Below, one piece after another: positions 28,433-39,193 of a stretch of DNA of 64,000 bases. The stretch's first letter is position 1. Every line of letters starts with the position of its first letter. The notes under the pieces were generated by a model. The model saw only the letters and a list, made by a program, of their open reading frames with translations, had not been told where the DNA came from and did not search any database. The translations under genes and the position numbers were made by a program. The DNA comes from Escherichia phage Killian, in sequence record OQ446694.1. The stretch is one strand, 5' to 3'.

Positions 28433-29944
28433 ATGACTGACATTAAAGTACATTTTTATGATTTTAGTCACGTGAGAATTGATTGCGAAGAAAGTACATT
28501 TCATGAACTCCGTGATTTCTTTAGCTTTGAAGCTGATGGGTATCGTTTTAATCCGAAATACAAATATGGCCACTGGGATGGACGAATTCGTCTTTTAGAT
28601 TATAATCGCCTTCTTCCATTCGGTTTAGTCGGGCAAATTAAAAAGTTCTGTGATAACTTTGGCTATAAAGCCTGGATTGACCCGCAAATTAACGAAAAAG
28701 AAGAATTATCAAGAAAAGATTTTGATGAATGGCTTTCTAAATTAGAAATCTATTCAGGAAATAAAAGAATTGAACCGCATTGGTATCAAAAAGATGCAGT
28801 GTTCGAAGGATTAGTTAATCGTCGTAGAATTCTTAATCTTCCAACATCCGCAGGTAAATCTTTAATTCAAGCTTTGCTCGCTCGGTATTATTTGGAAAAT
28901 TATGAAGGCAAAATTCTTATCATTGTTCCAACAACTGCTCTGACAACTCAGATGGCTGATGACTTTGTTGACTATCGTTTATTCAGTCATGCAATGATAA
29001 AGAAAATCGGCGGTGGAGCATCAAAAGATGATAAATATAAAAATGATGCACCGGTCGTTGTTGGTACATGGCAAACTGTAGTAAAACAACCAAAAGAATG
29101 GTTCTCACAGTTTGGAATGATGATGAATGATGAATGTCATCTTGCTACAGGAAAAAGTATTTCATCTATCATATCAGGTTTAAATAACTGTATGTTTAAA
29201 TTTGGTTTGTCTGGTTCATTGCGCGATGGCAAAGCTAATATCATGCAGTATGTTGGAATGTTCGGTGAAATATTTAAGCCAGTAACGACCTCTAAATTAA
29301 TGGAAGATGGACAAGTAACTGAGTTAAAAATTAATAGTATTTTTCTTCGCTATCCCGATGAGTTCACTACTAAATTAAAGGGAAAAACTTACCAAGAAGA
29401 AATAAAAATTATTACTGGGCTCAGTAAAAGAAATAAATGGATCGCTAAATTAGCTATTAAGCTTGCGCAAAAAGATGAAAATGCTTTTGTCATGTTTAAA
29501 CACGTATCGCACGGTAAAGCTATTTTCGATTTAATTAAAAATGAATACGATAAAGTTTATTACGTATCAGGGGAAGTTGATACCGAAACCCGCAATATAA
29601 TGAAAACCTTAGCTGAAAACGGTAAAGGAATAATTATAGTAGCTAGTTATGGTGTATTTTCTACCGGTATTTCAGTTAAAAATCTGCATCACGTTGTTTT
29701 AGCACACGGTGTTAAATCTAAAATTATTGTATTGCAAACAATAGGTCGCGTATTACGTAAGCATGGTTCTAAAACAATCGCAACAGTCTGGGACCTCATA
29801 GATGACGCGGGCGTAGTTTCTAAATCAAAAACATCTTCTAAAAAATACTCGCATTTAAACTATCTTTTAAAACATGGACTTGATCGTATTCAGCGTTATG
29901 CTGATGAGAAGTTTAATTATGTGATGAAAGAGGTTAAACTTTGA
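28433..29944 (+). CDS. uvsW: UvsW DNA/RNA helicase (SF2)
   Basis: 503 aa; Walker A PTSAGKS and DECH box. Confidence 0.95.
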   Translation: MTDIKVHFYDFSHVRIDCEESTFHELRDFFSFEADGYRFNPKYKYGHWDGRIRLLDYNRLLPFGLVGQIKKFCDNFGYKAWIDPQINEKEELSRKDFDEWLSKLEIYSGNKRIEPHWYQKDAVFEGLVNRRRILNLPTSAGKSLIQALLARYYLENYEGKILIIVPTTALTTQMADDFVDYRLFSHAMIKKIGGGASKDDKYKNDAPVVVGTWQTVVKQPKEWFSQFGMMMNDECHLATGKSISSIISGLNNCMFKFGLSGSLRDGKANIMQYVGMFGEIFKPVTTSKLMEDGQVTELKINSIFLRYPDEFTTKLKGKTYQEEIKIITGLSKRNKWIAKLAIKLAQKDENAFVMFKHVSHGKAIFDLIKNEYDKVYYVSGEVDTETRNIMKTLAENGKGIIIVASYGVFSTGISVKNLHHVVLAHGVKSKIIVLQTIGRVLRKHGSKTIATVWDLIDDAGVVSKSKTSSKKYSHLNYLLKHGLDRIQRYADEKFNYVMKEVKL

Positions 29945-30633
29945 ATTATAAATTAATATATGATAATTTAATTAATAGAGCCCAGAATCGGGCTCGCCTT
30001 AATGGATACACTGAAACTCATCATATAATTCCTAGATGTATGGGTGGTACAGATGATAAGTGTAATTTGGTAGAACTAACAGCTGAAGAGCATTTTATAG
30101 CTCATAAACTTTTAGCTAAAATTCATCCAAACCATTACGGTATAATTAAAGCCGTTATATGTATGGGAATGAATTCAAATACTCATGAAAGACACGTTAA
30201 TAAATCTTACGCCTGGGAACGTCGTAAAATGGCAAAACTTCAATCAGGTGAAGGTAATCCATTTTACGGAAAACACCATACGGAAGAACATAAACAATAT
30301 ATGTCAAAACTCATGAAAAATCGTCCAATTACGTGGGGAAGTAAAATTAGTAAAACTAAAAGAATGAACCCAACAAAATGGACTGAAGAAGCTAAAAGAT
30401 TGCATTCTATCAATCAATCAGGTAAAAATAATGGCATGTATGGAAGGAAACATTCCGCTAAATCTATTCAGAAAATTAAAGATAACATGCCAGATAATTC
30501 AGGAGCTAATAACCCAGCTGCTAAACCTATAGAAGTAAATGGTGTTAAGTATAAATGCATGAAAGATGCTTCTAAAGCTACTGGATTATCAATGTACAAA
30601 CTAAGAATACTTAGAAAAACAGTTAATTTATAA
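29941..30633 (+). CDS. free-standing HNH homing endonuclease (NUMOD3 repeats, C-terminal HTH)
   Basis: 230 aa; ETHHIIPRCMGG...NLVELTAEEHFIAH HNH motif; start is TTG overlapping the uvsW stop. Confidence 0.8.
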   Translation: MNYKLIYDNLINRAQNRARLNGYTETHHIIPRCMGGTDDKCNLVELTAEEHFIAHKLLAKIHPNHYGIIKAVICMGMNSNTHERHVNKSYAWERRKMAKLQSGEGNPFYGKHHTEEHKQYMSKLMKNRPITWGSKISKTKRMNPTKWTEEAKRLHSINQSGKNNGMYGRKHSAKSIQKIKDNMPDNSGANNPAAKPIEVNGVKYKCMKDASKATGLSMYKLRILRKTVNL

Positions 30634-30658
30634 GGGCTTCGGCCCTTTGGAGAAAAAG

Positions 30659-30889
30659 ATGTTACTAGAATTTAAACAATTTCTTTATGAAGCTTCTATT
30701 GATGAATTTATGGGTAAAATTGCCTCTTGTCAAACAATAGAAGGTCTAGAAGAACTTGAAGCTTATTATAAGAAAAGAGTTAAAGAAACTGAATTAAAAG
30801 ATACTGATGACATCTCAGTCAGAGATGCTTTGGCAGGAAAAAGAGCTGAATTAGAAGATTCAGACGATGAAGTAGAAGAAAACTTTTAA
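30659..30889 (+). CDS. uvsW.1: UvsW.1 small acidic protein
   Basis: ATG at 30659 preceded by GGAG gives 76 aa starting MLLEFKQFLYEASIDEF; track start 30647 is a TTG. Confidence 0.85.
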   Translation: MLLEFKQFLYEASIDEFMGKIASCQTIEGLEELEAYYKKRVKETELKDTDDISVRDALAGKRAELEDSDDEVEENF

Positions 30890-30944
30890 ATTAAAAAAGG
30901 CCCAACCAAAAAGGAAGGGCCAAAACTATAGACTAAAGGTCACA

Positions 30945-31112
30945 CTATAGCAAAAGTTGAGTTTCATTTAATTGTTCTTCCGAACTTTCTGAAACTGGTA
31001 GTTCTTTAATGTAATTATAACAAGGCCCAGGATGTACAGGACCTTTGTCTGTTTCAACAACCAATGCAGAATCGATTGGAGTTTTACAGACAACGCAAAT
31101 CTTATCTGACAT
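30945..31112 (-). CDS. small zinc-ribbon-like protein (T4 uvsY.-2-like)
   Basis: 55-aa ORF absent from the track, found by hand: MSDKICVVCKTPIDS...PGPCYNY; AGGAG 6 nt upstream. Confidence 0.65.
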   Translation of the reverse strand: MSDKICVVCKTPIDSALVVETDKGPVHPGPCYNYIKELPVSESSEEQLNETQLLL

Positions 31113-31140
31113 GATTGTCTCCTCTAAATTATATATCTAT

Positions 31141-31365
31141 TTATATAACTCTCATATGCATATCAATGCCCATATCTTTAGAATAAAAATATTCATCAAG
31201 ATATCCGGCAAATTTTCCTTTAACATAAAGTACATCTTCACCACATGGATGATCGGCCAGGATACGAATATCCTGACGCTTGAGATTATACTTTTTCATT
31301 AAGAATTGAATTTCCGTTTCGAATTCTTCTTCATAATTAAAAGCATCATCAATGCTATATTTCAT
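31141..31365 (-). CDS. hypothetical protein (T4 uvsY.-1-like)
   Basis: 74 aa; start overlaps uvsY stop. Confidence 0.75.
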   Translation of the reverse strand: MKYSIDDAFNYEEEFETEIQFLMKKYNLKRQDIRILADHPCGEDVLYVKGKFAGYLDEYFYSKDMGIDMHMRVI

Positions 31366-31778
31366 TATTTTCCAGCCTCAAATGCTCGCATGTCTTGAAT
31401 ATGCTTAATAGCAAATCCGCGTGATTTAATAGCATCAAGAGCTCCGCTACAGAAATCCAATAAAATTCCCCAATACTGCAATGAAGTATCAACTTTTAAA
31501 ACATCCTTATCAGCTGATAGAACTGTCTTCATTTCTGATTTCTCATAACGGTCCATACTAAATTCATCACCATCTCCTCGTCCCGAGTAGTAGTCTAATT
31601 TAGCTTTAAGAGCAACTTTTTTCTGTGCTTCAATTCTAAGCATTTCCTTTTTAATACTTGAATGCTTATTGAGCCATTTACTATATAACATCACATTATT
31701 AGCTGCTTCATACTGTAATTTAGTCGAATCTATAAACACATCTTTCTTCAATTCTTCTTGAAGATCTTCTAATTTCAT
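31365..31778 (-). CDS. uvsY: UvsY recombination mediator
   Basis: 137 aa as in T4 UvsY. Confidence 0.93.
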   Translation of the reverse strand: MKLEDLQEELKKDVFIDSTKLQYEAANNVMLYSKWLNKHSSIKKEMLRIEAQKKVALKAKLDYYSGRGDGDEFSMDRYEKSEMKTVLSADKDVLKVDTSLQYWGILLDFCSGALDAIKSRGFAIKHIQDMRAFEAGK

Positions 31779-31818
31779 ATTGTTCTCTATTCAATTGTTA
31801 TTGGATGGACTTAGATTC

Positions 31819-31846
31819 ATTATACCACGTTTATACGTGAAGCATT
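31819..31846 (-). promoter_or_regulatory. MotA-dependent middle promoter for uvsY
   Basis: on - strand: TGCTTCA MotA box, 13 nt, TATAAT, ~40 nt upstream of uvsY ATG. Confidence 0.6.
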
Positions 31847-32243
31847 ATACTCTGTTACTGGAAGCCAGTTGTAGTTTTATCTGCTCAATATCATCAGGGT
31901 TATCAATGACTGAAAAGCGTATTTCTACTATCAGAGTATAATCATCATAAACCGGTATTACATTAACTGCTAATTTATCAATACGTGGCTCGTAGTTTCT
32001 TACTGCGCTTTCAATGTTACGCTCAACAGTATCAGCAGTAAGAGGAGTCATATTCTCAAAAAGCTGATCAGATAAATCGCATCCAAATTCTGGGTCAAAT
32101 GGCCTTGACCCTTTCCTGGTTGTAATAATTCCTAAAAGGCTATTTTTAATTGACCTTAATCCAAGGGATCTAGAAACATCTTTATCCCAATCCATTTTCA
32201 TTTCTGGGTCAATGTCAGAATAAAGCTTATTAATATTTGCCAT
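31845..32243 (-). CDS. 25: baseplate wedge protein gp25
   Basis: 132 aa as in T4. Confidence 0.92.
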   Translation of the reverse strand: MANINKLYSDIDPEMKMDWDKDVSRSLGLRSIKNSLLGIITTRKGSRPFDPEFGCDLSDQLFENMTPLTADTVERNIESAVRNYEPRIDKLAVNVIPVYDDYTLIVEIRFSVIDNPDDIEQIKLQLASSNRV

Positions 32244-32869
32244 TACAATAGCTCAAAGAATTCTTTGAGTCCTCTTATTACATGAGCGTGAGTTTTTCCA
32301 CACTCTGGACACTTAATTGGAACAGCCAAATAAACAGTAGGCTTTAAAAGCATATCTTTTATAGCTACAATATCTGACTCTGTGATGATAGAATATAAAT
32401 CTTCCAGTTCTTTTTCATTTAAGTCTTCAACTGGAATGCTTTCACCGTTAGCATGAATCGTTTCTATACATGATACTATCATGTGGGCTATATTTTTATC
32501 ATCAAAAATTTTAGGGTAATGGAACTTAATTTTAATGTCACCCAGTGTATACCAGAGGTCTTCTGGTGCATCTATTTGTGTATGTAATAGATTTATATGG
32601 GTTGGTATTTCAGCTCCACAGGTGCACTTCCAGGAGTTTTCATGATTAACTTCTCCAAGAGAATGCGCCCATAAATGAATCAGCAGTAGTTCTGATTCTT
32701 GACGGTTTAAATCTTTTGCATTTGTGCATTCTTTGATTAGCTTTTTAACGATCTCTTCTACTGAACCGTTCTTTTTAGCAGTAATAAGCTCTAGATATTC
32801 TTTAAGAGTAAATGCGCGACAGTTGATTATTTTAGAACCAACTCTCACATCAAATTTGTATTCATACAT
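32243..32869 (-). CDS. 26: baseplate hub protein gp26
   Basis: 208 aa as in T4. Confidence 0.9.
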   Translation of the reverse strand: MYEYKFDVRVGSKIINCRAFTLKEYLELITAKKNGSVEEIVKKLIKECTNAKDLNRQESELLLIHLWAHSLGEVNHENSWKCTCGAEIPTHINLLHTQIDAPEDLWYTLGDIKIKFHYPKIFDDKNIAHMIVSCIETIHANGESIPVEDLNEKELEDLYSIITESDIVAIKDMLLKPTVYLAVPIKCPECGKTHAHVIRGLKEFFELL

Positions 32870-32890
32870 ATTTAGCTCCTTTATTTATCA

Positions 32891-32902
32891 TATTTATAAA
32901 TA
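32891..32902. promoter_or_regulatory. overlapping divergent late promoters for genes 26 and 51
   Basis: TATTTATAAATA: TATAAATA on + (32895-32902) and on - (32891-32898). Confidence 0.65.
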
Positions 32903-32919
32903 GAATAAAAGGAGCATCT

Positions 32920-33672
32920 ATGGCAAACATTATTCGTTGTAAATTACCAGATGGTGTTCATCGTTTTAAACCATTTACGGTAGAAGATTATCGAGATTTT
33001 TTGTTAGTTCGAAACGATATAGAACATCGGTCACCACAAGAACAAAAAGAAATAATTGCTGATTTAATTGCCGATTATTTTGGAGACTATCCGAAGACTT
33101 GGCAACCATTTATATTTTTGCAGGTATTTGTAGGGTCAATAGGTAAAACTAAAGTACCGGTCACATTTGCATGTCCAAAATGCAAAAAAGAAAAGACAGT
33201 TCCATTTGAAATATATCAAAAAGAATTAAAGGAACCTGTTTTTGATGTAGCTAATGTTAAAATTAAATTAAAGTTTCCTTCTGAGTTTTATGAAAATAAA
33301 GCAAAGATGATTACTGAAAATATTCATTCCGTTCAAGTAGATGAAATGTGGTATGATTGGAAGGAAATTAGCGAATCGAGTCAAATAGAACTTGTTGATG
33401 CCATCGAGATAGAAACATTAGAAAAAATTCTCGATGCAATGAATCCTATTAATTTAACATTGCATATGTCGTGTTGTAATAAGTATGTAAAAAAATACAC
33501 TGATATAGTAGATGTGTTTAAGCTATTAGTTAATCCAGATGAGATATTTACTTTTTATCAAATTAATCACACACTTGTAAAAAGTAATTATAGCTTAAAT
33601 TCAATAATGAAAATGATTCCTGCTGAGCGCGGATTCGTATTAAAACTGATTGAGAAGGATAAACAACAATGA
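32920..33672 (+). CDS. 51: baseplate hub assembly catalyst gp51
   Basis: 250 aa (T4 gp51 ~249 aa). Confidence 0.9.
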   Translation: MANIIRCKLPDGVHRFKPFTVEDYRDFLLVRNDIEHRSPQEQKEIIADLIADYFGDYPKTWQPFIFLQVFVGSIGKTKVPVTFACPKCKKEKTVPFEIYQKELKEPVFDVANVKIKLKFPSEFYENKAKMITENIHSVQVDEMWYDWKEISESSQIELVDAIEIETLEKILDAMNPINLTLHMSCCNKYVKKYTDIVDVFKLLVNPDEIFTFYQINHTLVKSNYSLNSIMKMIPAERGFVLKLIEKDKQQ

Positions 33673-34844
33673 GTATGTTGCAACGCCCCGGATATCCAAA
33701 TCTCAGCGTTAAATTATTTGAGAGTTATGACGCTTGGAGTAATAATAGATTTGTTGAATTAGCTGCTACTATTACCACATTAACTATGCGGGATTCTCTT
33801 TATGGTCGAAATGAAGGAATGCTGCAGTTTTATGATTCTAAAAATATCCATACAAAAATGGATGGAAATGAAATAATTCAGATTTCTGTAGCTAATGCAA
33901 ACGATATTAATAATGTTAAAACACGAATTTATGGATGTAAGCACTTTTCCGTATCGGTAGATTCAAAGGGTGATAACATCATTGCTATTGAATTGGGAAC
34001 TATTCATTCTATAGAAAATCTTAAATTTGGCAGACCGTTTTTCTCTGATGCAGGTGAATCTATAAAGGAAATGCTTGGTGTCATTTATCAGGATCGCACG
34101 TTATTAACTCCAGCAATAAATGCCATAAATGCCTATGTTCCTGATATTCCATGGACTAGCACATTTGAAAACTATTTGTCGTATGTCAGAGAAGTTGCTC
34201 TAGCTGTAGGAAGTGACAAATTTGTATTTGTATGGCAAGACATCATGGGAGTTAACATGATGGACTATGATATGATGATAAATCAAGAACCATATCCAAT
34301 GATTGTCGGTGAGCCATCTTTAATAGGTCAATTCATCCAAGAATTAAAATATCCATTAGCATATGATTTCGTTTGGTTGACTAAATCGAATCCTCATAAA
34401 CGCGACCCAATGAAAAATGCTACTATTTATGCTCATTCATTTTTAGATTCTTCATTGCCAATGATTACTACAGGAAAGGGCGAAAACTCTATTGTAGTGT
34501 CAAGGTCAGGTGCTTATTCTGAAATGACTTATAGGAATGGCTATGAAGAAGCTATTCGTCTTCAAACTATGGCACAATACGATGGCTATGCTAAATGTTC
34601 TACTGTCGGTAATTTTAACTTGACTCCTGGCGTTAAAATTATTTTTAATGATAGTAAAAACCAATTTAAAACAGAATTTTACGTTGATGAAGTTATCCAT
34701 GAATTATCCAATAATAATTCAGTAACTCATCTATATATGTTCACTAATGCAACGAAACTGGAAACAATAGACCCAGTTAAGGTTAAAAATGAATTTAAAT
34801 CTGATACTACCACTGAAGAAAGTAGTTCTTCCAATAAGCAATAA
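33669..34844 (+). CDS. 27: baseplate hub protein gp27
   Basis: 391 aa as in T4. Confidence 0.93.
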   Translation: MSMLQRPGYPNLSVKLFESYDAWSNNRFVELAATITTLTMRDSLYGRNEGMLQFYDSKNIHTKMDGNEIIQISVANANDINNVKTRIYGCKHFSVSVDSKGDNIIAIELGTIHSIENLKFGRPFFSDAGESIKEMLGVIYQDRTLLTPAINAINAYVPDIPWTSTFENYLSYVREVALAVGSDKFVFVWQDIMGVNMMDYDMMINQEPYPMIVGEPSLIGQFIQELKYPLAYDFVWLTKSNPHKRDPMKNATIYAHSFLDSSLPMITTGKGENSIVVSRSGAYSEMTYRNGYEEAIRLQTMAQYDGYAKCSTVGNFNLTPGVKIIFNDSKNQFKTEFYVDEVIHELSNNNSVTHLYMFTNATKLETIDPVKVKNEFKSDTTTEESSSSNKQ

Positions 34845-35322
34845 AGAAGTTTCTATTCCTAAAATGGGTCTTAAACATTATAACATTTTAAAAGATGTTA
34901 AAGGTCCTGATGAAAATTTAAAACTTCTTATTGATTCTATTTGTCCGAATTTATCACCGGCAGAAGTTGATTTCGTTTCTATTCATTTATTGGAATTTAA
35001 TGGAAAGATTAAATCTCGTAAAGAAATAGATGGTTATACTTATGACATTAATGATGTTTATGTATGCCAAAGATTAGAATTTCAATACCAAGGAAATACA
35101 TTTTATTTTAGACCTCCTGGAAAATTTGAGCAATTTTTGACAGTAAGCGATATGTTATCTAAATGCTTGCTTAAGGTCAATGATGAAGTTAAAGAAATTA
35201 ATTTTCTTGAGATGCCAGCATTTGTATTAAAATGGGCAAATGATATTTCTACAACTTTAGCAATTCCTGGCCCTAATGGTCCAATAACTGGAATTGGCAA
35301 TATTATTGGATTATTTGAATGA
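34789..35322 (+). CDS. 28: baseplate hub distal protein gp28
   Basis: 177 aa; ATG start overlapping the 3' end of gene 27. Confidence 0.88.
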   Translation: MNLNLILPLKKVVLPISNKEVSIPKMGLKHYNILKDVKGPDENLKLLIDSICPNLSPAEVDFVSIHLLEFNGKIKSRKEIDGYTYDINDVYVCQRLEFQYQGNTFYFRPPGKFEQFLTVSDMLSKCLLKVNDEVKEINFLEMPAFVLKWANDISTTLAIPGPNGPITGIGNIIGLFE

Positions 35323-37091
35323 AAAAGCCACAAGAAATGCAAACGATGCGTAGAAAAGTTATTTCAGATAATAAACCAGTTCAGGAAGCGGCTAAATCCG
35401 CTTCTAACACTTTATCTGGGCTTAATGACATTTCTACAAAATTGGATGATGCTCAAGCTGCTTCTGAATTAATAGCTCAAACCGTTGAAGAAAAATCGAA
35501 TGAAATAATTGGAGCAATTGACAATGTAGAAAGCGCAGTGAGTGATACTACTGCTGGTTCTGAGTTAATTGCTGAAACTGTAGAAATTGGCAACAATATT
35601 AATAAAGAAATCGGTGAATCACTCGGAAGTAAATTAGATAAATTAACGAGTTTACTAGAACAAAAAATTCAAACAGCTGGAATTCAACAGACAGGAACCA
35701 GCTTAGCTGTAGTCGAAAGTGCTATTCCCGTTAAAGTTGTCGAGGATGATACAGCTGAATTTGTTGGTCCATTATTACCAGCTCCTGAAGCAGTTAATAA
35801 TGATCCTGACGCTGATTTTTTCCCTGCCCCTCAACCAGTTGAACCTAAGCGAGAGTCACCGGAAGAAAAACAGAAAAAAGAAGCATTTAATTTAAAATTA
35901 TCTCAAGCTTTAGATAAATTAACAAAGACTGTTGATTTTGGATTTAAAAAATCCATTTCAATTACTGATAAAATATCAAGCATGCTATTTAAGTATACTG
36001 TCAGTGCTGCTATTGAAGCTGCTAAAATGGTTGCATTAATAATGGCTGTTGTTATTGGAATAGACCTACTGATGGTTCATTTTAAATATTGGTCAGATAA
36101 ATTTTCAAAAGCCTGGGATTTGTTTAGCACTGATTTTAAAACTTTTTCAAGCGAAACCGGAACTTGGGGTCCTTTATTACAGAGCATCTTTGAATCTATT
36201 GATGAAATTAAAAAGTTCTGGGAAGCGGGAGATTGGGGCGGTTTGACGGTAGCTATTGTAGAAGGGCTTGGAAAGGTTCTTTATAATTTAGGAGAACTTA
36301 TTCAGCTTGGAATGGCTAAATTATCAGCAGCAATTCTTCGAGTTATTCCTGGTATGAAAGATACTGCTGACGAAGTAGAAGGAAGAGCACTAGAAAATTT
36401 CCAAAATTCTACTGGAGCATCTCTCAATAAAGAAGACCAGGAAAAAGTTGCAAATTATCAAGATAAACGAATGAACGGAGACCTTGGTCCGATAGCAAAA
36501 GGATTAGATAAAATTGCTAATTGGAAAACTCGTGCATCTAACTGGATTCGTGGCGTTGATAATAAAGAAGCACTAACTACCGATGAAGAACGCGCAGCAG
36601 AAGAAGAAAAATTAAAGCAACTTTCACCTGAAGAAAGAAAAAATGCTTTAATGAAGGCTAATGAAGCGCGCGCCGCGATGATTCGCTTTGAAAAATATGC
36701 TGATTCGGCTGATATGAGTAAAGACTCAACAGTTAAATCAGTTGAAGCTGCCTATGAAGACCTTAAAAAACGGATGGATGACCCGGATTTAAATAATTCA
36801 CCGGCAGTTAAAAAAGAACTTGCTGCTAGATTTTCTAAAATTGATGCTACTTATCAAGAGCTCAAGAAAAATCAGCCTAATGCCAAACCTGAAACTTCTG
36901 CTAAATCGCCAGAAGCAAAACAAGTCCAGGTAATAGAAAAGAACAAAGCACAGCAAGCTCCTGTTCAACAAGCATCTCCTTCAATCAATAATACTAATAA
37001 TGTTATTAAGAAAAATACTGTCGTTCATAATATGACACCCGTAACGAGCACAACTGCTCCTGGTGTATTTGGCGCGACTGGAGTTAATTAA
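35319..37091 (+). CDS. 29: tail tape measure / baseplate hub protein gp29
   Basis: 590 aa as in T4. Confidence 0.92.
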   Translation: MKKPQEMQTMRRKVISDNKPVQEAAKSASNTLSGLNDISTKLDDAQAASELIAQTVEEKSNEIIGAIDNVESAVSDTTAGSELIAETVEIGNNINKEIGESLGSKLDKLTSLLEQKIQTAGIQQTGTSLAVVESAIPVKVVEDDTAEFVGPLLPAPEAVNNDPDADFFPAPQPVEPKRESPEEKQKKEAFNLKLSQALDKLTKTVDFGFKKSISITDKISSMLFKYTVSAAIEAAKMVALIMAVVIGIDLLMVHFKYWSDKFSKAWDLFSTDFKTFSSETGTWGPLLQSIFESIDEIKKFWEAGDWGGLTVAIVEGLGKVLYNLGELIQLGMAKLSAAILRVIPGMKDTADEVEGRALENFQNSTGASLNKEDQEKVANYQDKRMNGDLGPIAKGLDKIANWKTRASNWIRGVDNKEALTTDEERAAEEEKLKQLSPEERKNALMKANEARAAMIRFEKYADSADMSKDSTVKSVEAAYEDLKKRMDDPDLNNSPAVKKELAARFSKIDATYQELKKNQPNAKPETSAKSPEAKQVQVIEKNKAQQAPVQQASPSINNTNNVIKKNTVVHNMTPVTSTTAPGVFGATGVN

Positions 37092-37099
37092 GGAATAAT

Positions 37100-38194
37100 A
37101 TGGCAATTGTTAAAGAAATAACTGCTGATTTAATTAAAAAGTCCGGTGAGAAAATTTCAGCCGGACAGAGTACTAAATCAGAAGTAGGAACTAAAACATA
37201 CACAGCCCAGTTTCCAACTGGGCGTGCTAGTGGTAATGACACTACAGGGGACTTCCAGGTAACAGATCTATATAAGAATGGATTATTATTTACTGCATAC
37301 AATATGTCATCTAGGGATTCTGGAAGTCTTAGATCGATGAGATCTAACTACTCTTCTTCATCTTCGAGTATTTTAAGTACAGCTAGAAACACTATTAGTA
37401 GTACAGTATCAAAACTATCAAATGGATTAATATCAAACAATAATTCAGGAACAATAAGTAAAGCTCCTGTCGCAAACATTCTTTTACCGAGATCTAAATC
37501 TGATGTTGATACATCATCACATAGATTTAATGATGTTCAAGAAAGTCTTATCAGCAGAGGCGGAGGTACTGCTACTGGTGTGTTAAGTAATATTGCTTCA
37601 ACTGCAGTATTTGGGGCACTGGAAAGTATAACACAAGGTATAATGGCTGATAATAATGAACAGATTTATACGACAGCCAGAAGTATGTATGGCGGTGCTG
37701 AGAATAGAACTAAAGTGTTTACATGGGATTTGACGCCACGTTCAACAGAAGATTTGATGGCTATTATTAATATCTATCAATATTTTAACTATTTTTCTTA
37801 TGGTGAAACGGGCAAATCTCAATATGCTGCTGAAATAAAGGGGTATTTAGATGATTGGTATCGTTCTACGTTAATTGAACCTTTATCTCCGGAAGACGCA
37901 GCTAAAAATAAAACACTATTTGAGAAAATGACATCGAGTTTAACTAACGTTCTAGTAGTTTCAAACCCGACAATTTGGATGGTGAAAAACTTTGGTGCAA
38001 CATCTAAGTTTGATGGAAAAACGGAAATATTTGGCCCATGCCAAATACAAAGCATCAGATTTGATAAAACACCTAATGGTAACTTTAACGGATTAGCTAT
38101 TGCTCCAAACCTCCCTAGTACATTTACTCTCGAGATTACTATGAGAGAAATTATCACGTTAAACCGTGCTTCTTTATATGCGGGGACTTTTTAA
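37100..38194 (+). CDS. 48: baseplate tail tube cap gp48
   Basis: 364 aa as in T4. Confidence 0.92.
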   Translation: MAIVKEITADLIKKSGEKISAGQSTKSEVGTKTYTAQFPTGRASGNDTTGDFQVTDLYKNGLLFTAYNMSSRDSGSLRSMRSNYSSSSSSILSTARNTISSTVSKLSNGLISNNNSGTISKAPVANILLPRSKSDVDTSSHRFNDVQESLISRGGGTATGVLSNIASTAVFGALESITQGIMADNNEQIYTTARSMYGGAENRTKVFTWDLTPRSTEDLMAIINIYQYFNYFSYGETGKSQYAAEIKGYLDDWYRSTLIEPLSPEDAAKNKTLFEKMTSSLTNVLVVSNPTIWMVKNFGATSKFDGKTEIFGPCQIQSIRFDKTPNGNFNGLAIAPNLPSTFTLEITMREIITLNRASLYAGTF

Positions 38195-39159
38195 TGTATT
38201 CTTTAGAGGAATTTAATAATCAAGCAATAAACGCAGATTTTCAACGTAATAATATGTTTAGCTGCGTTTTTGCGACAACTCCATCAACTAAAAGCTCTTC
38301 GTTGATAAGTTCAATTAGCAACTTTTCTTATAATAATTTGGGTCTAAATTCAGACTGGTTAGGATTGTCTCAAGGCGATATTAATCAGGGAATTACCACG
38401 CTAATTACTGCTGGCACACAAAAACTGATAAGAAAATCAGGGGTTAGTAAATATCTTATTGGTGCCATGAGTCAACGTACAGTTCAAAGTTTATTGGGCT
38501 CATTTACAGTTGGTACATATTTAATTGACTTCTTTAACATGGCATATAACTCGTCTGGATTGATGATATATTCTGTAAAAATGCCAGAGAATAGATTATC
38601 CTATGAAACTGACTGGAACTATAACTCTCCTAATATTCGTATAACTGGGAGAGAATTAGACCCTTTGGTTATTTCATTTAGAATGGATTCAGAAGCTTGT
38701 AACTATCGTGCAATGCAAGACTGGGTTAACGCTGTTCAAGACCCAGTAACTGGACTGCGTGCTTTGCCACAAGATGTCGAGGCAGATATTCAGGTTAATC
38801 TTCATGCTCGTAATGGATTACCTCATACTGCAGTGATGTTCACCGGATGCATTCCAGTGTCAGTGAGCGCTCCTGAGTTATCATATGATGGAGATAACCA
38901 AATAACTACATTTGATGTTACTTTTGCGTATAGAGTCATGCAGGCTGGAGCAGTTGATAGACAAGCTGCCCTTGAATGGCTTGAATCTGCTGCTATAAAC
39001 GGTATTCAAAGCGTTCTCGGAAATAGTGGAGGTGTCACTGGATTATCTAATTCGCTTTCACGACTTAGTAGATTAGGGGGAACTGCTGGAAGCATTTCAA
39101 ACATTAATACTATGACGGGAATTATCAACTCGCAAAGTAAAATATTAGGAGCAATATAA
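38194..39159 (+). CDS. 54: baseplate tail tube initiator gp54
   Basis: 321 aa (T4 gp54 ~320 aa). Confidence 0.92.
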   Translation: MYSLEEFNNQAINADFQRNNMFSCVFATTPSTKSSSLISSISNFSYNNLGLNSDWLGLSQGDINQGITTLITAGTQKLIRKSGVSKYLIGAMSQRTVQSLLGSFTVGTYLIDFFNMAYNSSGLMIYSVKMPENRLSYETDWNYNSPNIRITGRELDPLVISFRMDSEACNYRAMQDWVNAVQDPVTGLRALPQDVEADIQVNLHARNGLPHTAVMFTGCIPVSVSAPELSYDGDNQITTFDVTFAYRVMQAGAVDRQAALEWLESAAINGIQSVLGNSGGVTGLSNSLSRLSRLGGTAGSISNINTMTGIINSQSKILGAI

Positions 39160-39163
39160 CAAT

Positions 39164-39193
39164 GGGGACCTTTCGGTCCCCATGTTTTTATTT
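39164..39193 (+). terminator. rho-independent terminator after gene 54
   Basis: ggggacc-tttc-ggtcccc then T-rich tract. Confidence 0.75.

Noticed and set aside
30895-30925. Possible terminator between uvsW.1 and the uvsY.-2-like ORF
   Set aside because: Only a 5-bp stem (ggccc/gggcc) with a 13-nt loop; a T-run follows on the - strand but the hairpin is too weak to call confidently.
31045-31302. 85-aa ORF on the + strand
   Set aside because: Antisense to the uvsY.-1-like ORF and the uvsY.-2-like small ORF; the - strand genes have RBSs and synteny.
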